64,000 nucleotides of DNA from a virus (lineage: Duplodnaviria; Caudoviricetes): positions 1 to 64,000 of the IMG/VR virus record IMGVR_UViG_3300032030_000037; one strand, given 5' to 3'. The position numbers and the translations under genes are program-made. Below, piece after piece: positions 56,939-64,000 of the stretch. The stretch's first letter is position 1. Each line of letters opens with the position of its first letter. The notes under the pieces are model-generated. The model made no database searches. It was not told the origin of the DNA and saw only the letters and a list, made by a program, of their open reading frames with translations.

Positions 56939-57441
56939 AATTTCTTTGTTTTTCCTTTTTTATCCCACTCTGGCAATATTTCTTTCCATGAATACCGGGT
57001 AAGCTTAGATTCTTGGACTGCTGCATTTTTCTGATTCCTAAGTCCATATCTAAATTTCCTTTCTCCAGAGACACCAAGAACCTCAATATCTGCTATCTTT
57101 TCCATTCTCAACGGAAGAAGACACCAATACTCATGGCCTTCTAAGATATCACGATAGGGGCATTGGGAAAGGTCGGTGGGGAGTGTATTTTCATCTCTTA
57201 ATCCTCTCGGCCGATATACTCCCAGCGTTTTTCCGACCAAATCACGACCCCCTAAGCCAAAGACAGAAATAGCATCGTCCAAGGAATCATAGAGAAGTAT
57301 TCTTTGAGTCTTGTGGTCGATACATTTACGCTGGACCAAGAAATTTTGCGGAACGGCCGGATTTATAGGTTGTTCAGAGAGTCCAAGATTTTCCGATAAC
57401 CAGTATAGGGACTTAGGATTTTTTCTTCTTAGTATTATCAT
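56935..57441 (-). CDS. Leader-bearing protein (MIILRRK), possibly degenerate ADP-ribosyltransferase-like fold
   Basis: P.VP.NF....D..T.RI....S...AI...VY.P...E.W pattern; fold call is tentative. Confidence 0.45.
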   Translation of the reverse strand: MIILRRKNPKSLYWLSENLGLSEQPINPAVPQNFLVQRKCIDHKTQRILLYDSLDDAISVFGLGGRDLVGKTLGVYRPRGLRDENTLPTDLSQCPYRDILEGHEYWCLLPLRMEKIADIEVLGVSGERKFRYGLRNQKNAAVQESKLTRYSWKEILPEWDKKGKTKKL

Positions 57442-58003
57442 ATCCGCTAACCTTTTTTCTTAGATCTTCGGACTTCTTCTTATCCTTATAGTGTTTATAT
57501 GCCTTGATACCACCATAAGTTAATCCGGACGCAGCAAGAACAGAACCACCAATTATAAGGCCTTTTTTATTATTTTTTAGAATCTCTGAAAGTTTTTTCT
57601 TTCCTTTCTTGACAGTCTCAACTTCAACCTCAACCTTGGGCTTTGGTTTATCGAAAGACTTGGCAAAATTTTCTAGATTTTCTTCTTTTGGTTTTGGTTT
57701 ATCTTGATAGAGGTAGTTCTTTAGGCCATACTTTTTTCCATTCAGCTCCTTTCCCGCCTTATCTAGCTCTTCTTTCCAATTATCATTAACCTTTTTAACT
57801 GCTTTCTTATAAGGCTTGCTTCCCTTTTCAAAAACTTCTTCAATTCTATTAATATCCTCTTCTGCTTTTCTATCTATTTCAGCCTTTCGTTGTTTAAACT
57901 GCTTAGCTAATTCATTTCGTTTTTGTAGAAGCTCTTCTTTTCCTTTTTCAGTAAGCCCTTCAAGATCTGCTTTAGAATACAATTTTTGTCGTAGTAATAT
58001 CAT
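57413..58003 (-). CDS. Leader-bearing Lys-rich coiled coil with C-terminal TM segment (MILLRQKLYS)
   Basis: KKGLIIGGSVLAASGLTYGGIKAY. Confidence 0.75.
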   Translation of the reverse strand: MILLRQKLYSKADLEGLTEKGKEELLQKRNELAKQFKQRKAEIDRKAEEDINRIEEVFEKGSKPYKKAVKKVNDNWKEELDKAGKELNGKKYGLKNYLYQDKPKPKEENLENFAKSFDKPKPKVEVEVETVKKGKKKLSEILKNNKKGLIIGGSVLAASGLTYGGIKAYKHYKDKKKSEDLRKKVSGYDNTKKKKS

Positions 58004-58491
58004 TTTTCTATGCTCTCACAATGAGCCCTCCAATTATTTTTATTCTTTTTCCACTCCTCATGACGTAGGAAAAGAGGAGTTCTATATTTCTTCAAGTTCT
58101 CCTTCGTGGCCTTGTATTCTAAGTTACCCTGATTTCCATAGGCTTGTTTTTCTACAGATATAAGATAGTAACTTCCAGAAAATCCAGTCCACGTAAATAG
58201 GAGATTAAGAAGATATTCTCCCAGATATCTAAGATAAAACGAAAACCAAGTCTTCCCCATCATTTGAGCCTGTTGAAGGTGTATCTCCTCATGTTTCTTA
58301 GTCCATACAGAGATGTCTTCTGGATTTTTTCTTGTTATTAATTTTCCTGCCCATGACATAGCACCATAGCCTTGCCATGGATAATATTTCATTTGAACAA
58401 CTTCTAAGTGTTCATTATCTTTTGACATCCTAGAGAACAAAGTTTTCACAAGATACCAAGTTTCTGCAAACCACGTTTTCATATTATACAC
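58000..58491 (-). CDS. HExxH zincin-like protein
   Basis: HEEIHLQQ...FY..Y..E....IS.EKQAY. Confidence 0.6.
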   Translation of the reverse strand: MYNMKTWFAETWYLVKTLFSRMSKDNEHLEVVQMKYYPWQGYGAMSWAGKLITRKNPEDISVWTKKHEEIHLQQAQMMGKTWFSFYLRYLGEYLLNLLFTWTGFSGSYYLISVEKQAYGNQGNLEYKATKENLKKYRTPLFLRHEEWKKNKNNWRAHCESIEK

Positions 58492-59143
58492 AATTTGAAT
58501 TAATCCAGGTTGTTGTTATTTCTTCCATACTGCTTTCACTCATAGGTCTTGATAGAGTTACTATTGAATTTATAACTGTTCCAAGCTCTGCATAGGTATC
58601 TGCTGTAACCGTGGAAGGGTCTATTAAAGTGCAAGTGAAAGCATTAGATAAATCACTGGGAGTAGCAGACCAATAAAATTGTGCATTTACTACTTCAACA
58701 GAATTATATCCATTAGCATGAACAGCAAACCAAATTTCCCCATCACCATCTTTACCGAATATTACTTTAGAGTTAACCCCACTAAGAGCACCAGAAGCAC
58801 CGAGACAAAATGCAGTAGGACTATACCACCCTTTATTAGTTGAATAGTTATATCCACCTATATTAATAATTCTATGAGTATATCCGCCCGCAACTTTTAT
58901 GGTTATGGAAAACATACATCCATAGTTTATATTAATTCTTATCTTAAACCACTTAGCTGCACTAGCTTCACTAAATTTAATTCTGTGACTAAATGTAGAA
59001 GCATGATATCCATCCAAGAGGTCTGCATTTAGATTGGTAACTTTATTTGTATTGCTCATTGTTCCACCGGATAATGGAAGGAATAACGACTTTATTTTGG
59101 CCCATACTTTTTGAAGTCCAGAGTATGATAAATATTTTGCCAT
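58484..59143 (-). CDS. Fiber-like protein (KYLS.SGL..VW.KIK anchor; LNADLLDGY)
   Basis: LPLSGGTM and NADLLDG fiber motifs. Confidence 0.7.
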   Translation of the reverse strand: MAKYLSYSGLQKVWAKIKSLFLPLSGGTMSNTNKVTNLNADLLDGYHASTFSHRIKFSEASAAKWFKIRININYGCMFSITIKVAGGYTHRIINIGGYNYSTNKGWYSPTAFCLGASGALSGVNSKVIFGKDGDGEIWFAVHANGYNSVEVVNAQFYWSATPSDLSNAFTCTLIDPSTVTADTYAELGTVINSIVTLSRPMSESSMEEITTTWINSNCV

Positions 59144-60042
59144 TCCTTAGTCCTCCCTAAAATTCTGGTGCTTTGGGTTCTTCGGCCGGGAAATCTTCAT
59201 AGTCTCCTTCCCCAGACTCTTCGGCGGTATCATCATCAATCGGCGCATTAAGGTCATAAGGGTCGGAAGAATCATCATAACTTCTAGTCCTAGGTCTTCC
59301 AAATCCGCCTCCATATCCTCCGCCATACATTCCACCGCCGAAGTCTCTATCACGATGAGAAGCAAAATCTCGGCCGGTGTCTCTTTCATATTTTTGGTCT
59401 TTTGTTCCTACCCTATATCCTACAAAACATAGAACTAAGAGAACAAGAACAGTTATTCCAATTACTATTAGCTCTTTCATATTATACACAAATATTATTA
59501 ATTTCTGTAGTTGTCATTTCGTTAGTTTCCGTAATATTTTTTATTGGAACCACAGTTACTAGATTAGTTATCTCAGAGCTGTCAGGCATGGCAGAGTTCG
59601 TTATACTTGCTACATGATTAGTGTGTCCATTAGAAGACTGTGTATACCATCTAACGTAAAATGTTTGATATGATCCAGTTCTATAGAACCATATACATAC
59701 TTTTCCATTATATCTGAAAAGTTTAATCTCCTCTATAGAATTGTTTCCAAGGCTTATTGCTTTAGGAGACCCAATTATACCACCAGACGAGGTGTAGTCA
59801 TAGAAGTTTAAAAGAATCATAAATGGGGTCTTATCTCCTCCGCTTCCATAACTATTTCCAGTAATCTCTACATAACACATGTTTGAGCCTGCTGCAGCAA
59901 AGTCTGAAGTAACTAAACATCCATTTCCAAAATTATATGCCATCCTAACAAGAAACATGCTGCTATCGTATCCATCTAAGAGGTCTGCATTTAGGTTAGT
60001 AACTTTATTTGTATTGCTCATTGTTCCACCAGATAATGGAAG
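59007..60042. repeat. 74-bp direct repeat (59007-59080 and 59969-60042) shared by two fiber genes
   Basis: Encodes LPLSGGTMSNTNKVTNLNADLLDGY in both. Confidence 0.85.
59157..59489 (-). CDS. Small membrane-anchored protein with Gly-rich/acidic tail
   Basis: N-terminal TM helix. Confidence 0.6.
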   Translation of the reverse strand: MYNMKELIVIGITVLVLLVLCFVGYRVGTKDQKYERDTGRDFASHRDRDFGGGMYGGGYGGGFGRPRTRSYDDSSDPYDLNAPIDDDTAEESGEGDYEDFPAEEPKAPEF

Positions 60043-60396
60043 ATAATTTCCTAAATTTCCTAAAGCTACCTCTTTCCATCCATCAGAACCAGATCCACGA
60101 ACATAAAATTTCTTAGTTGAGACGTTCCATCCAATACCCATATGATACCCATATCCACCTATATTGAGACCAACAGCATAGTTACTACCACCTGGAACGA
60201 CTCCCTCATCTAAAGGTGCTTGACCATAAGAAGACATTATTGATAGTCCAGCACCTGAAGCAGGAACAGCCCAATATCTATAATTTCCAAATTTAATCGG
60301 GGCTGTCATTGTTCCTGTTCCAGAAAGATCTAGAAAAGTCCCTTTTATTTTCCCCCATACCGTTTCTAACCCCGATAGAGATAAATATTTTACCAT
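59482..60396 (-). CDS. Fiber-like protein (paralog of 58484..59143)
   Basis: Start moved to MVKYLS (60396); shared N-terminal anchor, mid repeat and C-terminal E.TTT.IN..CV. Confidence 0.7.
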   Translation of the reverse strand: MVKYLSLSGLETVWGKIKGTFLDLSGTGTMTAPIKFGNYRYWAVPASGAGLSIMSSYGQAPLDEGVVPGGSNYAVGLNIGGYGYHMGIGWNVSTKKFYVRGSGSDGWKEVALGNLGNYLPLSGGTMSNTNKVTNLNADLLDGYDSSMFLVRMAYNFGNGCLVTSDFAAAGSNMCYVEITGNSYGSGGDKTPFMILLNFYDYTSSGGIIGSPKAISLGNNSIEEIKLFRYNGKVCIWFYRTGSYQTFYVRWYTQSSNGHTNHVASITNSAMPDSSEITNLVTVVPIKNITETNEMTTTEINNICV

Positions 60397-60420
60397 ATTT
60401 TTGTTGATTTTAAAAGTAAT

Positions 60421-60510
60421 AAAAAAGAAAGACTCAAACACGTCCTCGCCGGGATAGCTATAGTAGCCTACTATAGTATCTCCACAACAAGAAATAAACG
60501 TGCTGAGCCT
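60421..60510 (-). promoter_or_regulatory. Long nested hairpin with U-tract in the 5' leader of the second cassette
   Basis: Outer ggctca.cacgt/acgtg..tgagtc, inner gatactatagtag/ctactatag.tatc, followed by tttctttttt. Confidence 0.5.
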
Positions 60511-60539
60511 ATCCCTGAAATAGCTTTCCTTGACTTATT

Positions 60540-60600
60540 TCATATATAAGGCTTTTTAAGAAAAAATAGCAAAAAAGTGGGGGCAAATCCTTACATATGA
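60540..60600. promoter_or_regulatory. Divergent promoter region with CCTTA-N4-TGA on both strands
   Basis: Minus strand CCTTATATATGA at 60540-60551; plus strand CCTTACATATGA at 60589-60600, directly before ATG 60602. Confidence 0.65.
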
Positions 60601-60601
60601 T

Positions 60602-61453
60602 ATGACATACGTTATAAAAAATAAATCCAAAAACTGTATTTGGATAAAATCAAGCTATACCATACCAGAGAACGAAGACCCAGACGCTTATTCTCTAGTA
60701 TATGCTTTTCCTTGGGATATTCAGGATCTTAAAGCTTATCTTAGACCATGGATAGTTCCAAGAGAGGAATACTATCAAATTGAGGTTATAAATGCTATAG
60801 AGGAAATTAAAGATCTTAAAGAACCCCCAAAGACAGAGCTTAAACGGATATATCAAATTCCAGAAAAAGTTTCTAAATTTGAAGAAGGAATTCGTGAGCT
60901 TATTAAATTTGGGCTTCTTCATGACATCGAATTCCCCAAAGGAGATTATTCATGGATTATATATAAAGATGACTTAATTTCTTATCTATACTCGCTCTGG
61001 CCTGAAAAATATGTAGACTTAGGACTTGAATACCTAGAACTAGACCGAGAGGAAAGAGGGTTGATTCAAAAACTTTATGCTTTTAATACTAGACCTCAAC
61101 AAGAAAAGTTTCTAGAATCTGAGGGACCTAGAATATTACCAGAGTTTCTAATATCTTCTCTTAGAGCAACTCAAAAACTCTTAGGAGAAAATATAAAAGA
61201 AATCAAGCCAGAATTTGTAAATAATAACTGTATTTGGAAACCAGAAGGGCCAAGTGAGGAAGAACTAAAAGATAGGATTCTGAAGGATTTTCCTATAGGC
61301 TCATATTGGGAAAGAACAGAAGCGAGAGAGAAGCTAGATAAAATAGAAACAGATCTTGGACTTCCTGGAAAAATTAGAATTACTGACTTAGAAAAATATT
61401 TTGAACTACCTGGAGTTAAAAATAAAAAATTCAAAATCCTTAGAAGAAAATGA
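60602..61453 (+). CDS. Hypothetical protein
   Basis: ORF track, 283 aa. Confidence 0.7.
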   Translation: MTYVIKNKSKNCIWIKSSYTIPENEDPDAYSLVYAFPWDIQDLKAYLRPWIVPREEYYQIEVINAIEEIKDLKEPPKTELKRIYQIPEKVSKFEEGIRELIKFGLLHDIEFPKGDYSWIIYKDDLISYLYSLWPEKYVDLGLEYLELDREERGLIQKLYAFNTRPQQEKFLESEGPRILPEFLISSLRATQKLLGENIKEIKPEFVNNNCIWKPEGPSEEELKDRILKDFPIGSYWERTEAREKLDKIETDLGLPGKIRITDLEKYFELPGVKNKKFKILRRK

Positions 61454-62565
61454 TAGAAATTAAAAACACAGACAAAGAATTTTTAAAAGACCTACTAAAT
61501 GCATCATCTCCTAGTGGACAGGAACAGAAAGCTACAGAAATTTGGAAGAAATTTTTAAAAGACAATATTCCATTTCAGGCTCTGCCCCTTGACTATTATC
61601 AGGATAGAATTGGAAATAATGCCTGTTCTGTAGGTACTGGAGATACTAAGCTTCTTCTATCTGGCCATATCGATCAGGTAAATGCTAGAGTATCCTTGAT
61701 TCATGATTCTGGCCTTATCTCAATTCACTATACAGGTGGAATTGATAATCGTTGTCTCCCGGGATCTAAGGTATCTATTCTCTTAGACTCCGGCGAAGAA
61801 CTTGAGGGCGCAGTAATTAAACAGGCTATGCACTTAGATGAAAATGACAAGTGGCCTGAAAACCATCGTGACATGTCTCAAATGAAGATAGATGTCGGTG
61901 CAGAGTCTAAGGAAGAAGTCTTAGAGCTTGGAATTCATCCTGGAAGCCTAGTGTGCTATCGACCAGAAGTAAATCTAGAGTTTGGGAAAAATAGGATTTG
62001 TTCAACTTCCCTTGACGATAAGATAGCTGTCTTTATTGTAGCAGAAGTACTTAGGATTCTAGGAGAGGATTGTGCATCCTGTGGAACTTCTATTCCGGAC
62101 TCACATTGGTCAAAGAAATATCAAGTTATAGGGCTTGCTGCAACTCAAGAGGAAACTGGACTTCGAGGAGCAACAGTAGCAGCACATGGAATAAACCCTG
62201 ATATTTCACTGGATATTGATGTAGATTTTGCTTCCGATGATGAGATGTCTGGGCCTAAAGAAAAAATAGGAGATATTAAACTTGGCTCTGGCCCTATCAT
62301 TGCTTGGGGCTGTGATAAGAGTCTAAGAATTAATGTCCTCTTAAAAAATCTTGCTAAAGAAAAAGATATTAAAATTCAAGAAGTAAGCACAGGTACTGGA
62401 GGGACTAATACCGACGTTCTTCAACTTGCTTCTAAGAATTGTGAGACGGCTCACCTAGCAATTCCGAATCGTAGTATGCATTCACAAAACGAAGTGTGTG
62501 ATTGGAGAGATATTAGAGGAGCTATTGATCTTATTGTTAATGCAATTATCGAAAAGAAGATATGA
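61450..62565 (+). CDS. M42-family (M20/M25/M40 clan) metallo-aminopeptidase
   Basis: SPSG.E, GHID, LDDK, QEETGLRGA, DVD, GGT..D, MHS..E motifs. Confidence 0.88.
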   Translation: MIEIKNTDKEFLKDLLNASSPSGQEQKATEIWKKFLKDNIPFQALPLDYYQDRIGNNACSVGTGDTKLLLSGHIDQVNARVSLIHDSGLISIHYTGGIDNRCLPGSKVSILLDSGEELEGAVIKQAMHLDENDKWPENHRDMSQMKIDVGAESKEEVLELGIHPGSLVCYRPEVNLEFGKNRICSTSLDDKIAVFIVAEVLRILGEDCASCGTSIPDSHWSKKYQVIGLAATQEETGLRGATVAAHGINPDISLDIDVDFASDDEMSGPKEKIGDIKLGSGPIIAWGCDKSLRINVLLKNLAKEKDIKIQEVSTGTGGTNTDVLQLASKNCETAHLAIPNRSMHSQNEVCDWRDIRGAIDLIVNAIIEKKI

Positions 62566-62831
62566 TAGAGATAGAAATAGAAAGACGTCGCGCACTTCCC
62601 TGTTGCTTGAAAGTTTTTAAAATTAATGGAAAAGACGCATCTGAGTATGATTTTGGTGAAGGGAAACTAAGTGGATATGCTATGGAAGGGACTTGTCATC
62701 ACGAATTCAAACCAAAGATGCCGACGGAAGAAGTCTTAAAGAAATATAATATTACGCTTTCAGAATATGCCGAAATTGTAGATCGTCTTGAGGATGAGCT
62801 CTATATAGGAGGCTGTGGATGGTGTAGTTGA
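62562..62831 (+). CDS. Hypothetical protein (C-terminal CGWC)
   Basis: ORF track. Confidence 0.7.
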   Translation: MIEIEIERRRALPCCLKVFKINGKDASEYDFGEGKLSGYAMEGTCHHEFKPKMPTEEVLKKYNITLSEYAEIVDRLEDELYIGGCGWCS

Positions 62832-62834
62832 AAA

Positions 62835-62870
62835 ATAAAAAGAGGGATTTAGGTCCCTCTCTTTTTTATT
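62835..62870. terminator. Bidirectional terminator
   Basis: agaggga-tttagg-tccctct flanked by A/T runs between convergent genes. Confidence 0.7.
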
Positions 62871-64000
62871 CGAAGCTTACGGATACTTCATCGCTCTCTC
62901 CTAGGTCTACAGAAATTTTTTTCTTTTCAAGATCTATATCAGGATTAAGCATCGCCTCTACAATCTTATCCTCAATCATAGTTCCAATTCCCTTTGTCAG
63001 GTCTCTGGCGCCATACCTAGTATCTGTATCTTTAACAATCTTCTCCTTCAGTTTCTTTCCAACTTTCAGAGAATAGCCTTTTTTCTTAAGTCTCTCTTTA
63101 AATTTGGCAAGCTCAAGGTCGAAGATCTTCATCATCTCGGGTTCTCCAAGACTATTGAATACGGTGATTCCAGTCAAGCGCCCTCTGAATTCCGGTCTGA
63201 ATTTCTTTTCCAGGGCCTTCATTACAGTAGACTTGTCAATCTTTTTTCTTTCTGCTTTTCCTGGTTCGATAAATCCAATTCCAGCTCCCTTAAGCTCTAA
63301 GTCTTTTGTTCCTTCATTAGACGTAAAGACTATGATAGCATTTCTGAAACTAACGTCTGTTCCATTAGCCATCTTAACCATACCAGTATCCATCATGTTG
63401 AGGAAAATGGTATTGATTATTTCTTGATTCATCTTCTCAACCTCGTCGATAAGAACAACCACACTTCCTCTGTCTCTAACCTGGTCAAGAACTGCTTTAT
63501 CTCCGTATCCAACAAAAGATGCAGTAGAACCAACGAGTTTAGTCACAGAGTGGCTTTGAGCATATTCACCTCCATCTATCCTTATCAGCGCCTTCTTATC
63601 TCCATAGATTGTCTCTGCAATCTTCTCAGCAATTAGAGTCTTTCCAACTCCAGAAGGCCCAGTAAATAGAAGTGATGCTACGGGTCTATTTTCATTTCGT
63701 AACCCGAGGAAGCTCTTAGACAATACTTTGACGACAGAGTCAATAGCTTCATCTTGACCGATAACAACTTTCTTAAGGTCATCACGCATGCTTCTGATTT
63801 TCTCCATCTCTGGCTGAATAATTTTATCTACAGCAACACCAGAAATTTTCGAAATAACTGCAGCAACGTTTTCCACGGTCACCTCAGGCCAAGATGCTTT
63901 TCCAGAAGACATCTTTTTCTTGGCATCTGCTATTTTCTTGTCTATGTCAAGGCCTACTTCTCTCAGTCTTTTTGCCTCTTCAAAATCAGAATCATCGAGA
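62866..64000 (-). CDS. clpC: ClpC/ClpA-like AAA+ chaperone (C-terminal part; 5' end outside the window)
   Basis: Frame open to the window edge (UVR-like DFEEAKRLRE); IGQDEAI, GPSGVGKT, LIDEVEK, FTSN, GIGF ClpP-docking loop, FRPEF, YGAR. Confidence 0.85.
   Translation of the reverse strand, partial: LDDSDFEEAKRLREVGLDIDKKIADAKKKMSSGKASWPEVTVENVAAVISKISGVAVDKIIQPEMEKIRSMRDDLKKVVIGQDEAIDSVVKVLSKSFLGLRNENRPVASLLFTGPSGVGKTLIAEKIAETIYGDKKALIRIDGGEYAQSHSVTKLVGSTASFVGYGDKAVLDQVRDRGSVVVLIDEVEKMNQEIINTIFLNMMDTGMVKMANGTDVSFRNAIIVFTSNEGTKDLELKGAGIGFIEPGKAERKKIDKSTVMKALEKKFRPEFRGRLTGITVFNSLGEPEMMKIFDLELAKFKERLKKKGYSLKVGKKLKEKIVKDTDTRYGARDLTKGIGTMIEDKIVEAMLNPDIDLEKKKISVDLGESDEVSVSFE

Noticed and set aside
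58484-60396. Repeat between fiber genes as diversity-generating retroelement or invertible shufflon
   Set aside because: Direct repeat with synonymous differences that are not adenine-specific; no reverse transcriptase or invertase in the window.
1-64000. Stop-codon reassignment (TAG or TGA recoding, as in some gut megaphages)
   Set aside because: Long genes are intact in the standard code, and TAG/TGA end genes exactly where the next gene starts.
1-64000. tRNA or rRNA genes
   Set aside because: No cloverleaf or T-loop signature found by eye in the intergenic gaps; a tRNAscan-SE run would be definitive.

Overview
64 kb of a large T4-like myophage (contractile tail; probably a jumbo phage of a gut/rumen Bacteroidota host; standard genetic code). 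A minus-strand virion module (1-40352) holds a partial terminase large subunit, tail tube, two sheath-like proteins, neck/head-completion candidates, major capsid, scaffold, prohead protease and portal. It is followed by short accessory genes (nadD-like, a 4-copy paralog array, rtcB split by a group I intron carrying a LAGLIDADG endonuclease), a second minus-strand cassette (53.9-60.4 kb), and M42 peptidase and clpC-like genes. The main signal is that about 40 otherwise unrelated ORFs start with one short leader (M-I-I/L-L/F-R-Q-K-x-F/Y-S/A, or MATY-R-L-K-R-K-x-F). Its core [KR]-x-[FY]-[SA] recurs 14 times in the scaffold, in the capsid N-terminus, in the protease C-terminal region and between domains of several cargo proteins, but not at the N-termini of tail proteins. 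I infer a capsid-targeting and prohead-protease-processing code that loads many cargo proteins into the head: glycine-zipper or cationic membrane-active proteins, polyproteins, a ferritin-like domain, a GNAT and a frameshifted YoeB-like RNase. Also seen are a thrice-repeated RNA hairpin with an invariant loop and covarying stem, and a CCTTA-N4-TG(A) promoter-like motif. All function calls come from motif recognition by eye; no database search was run.
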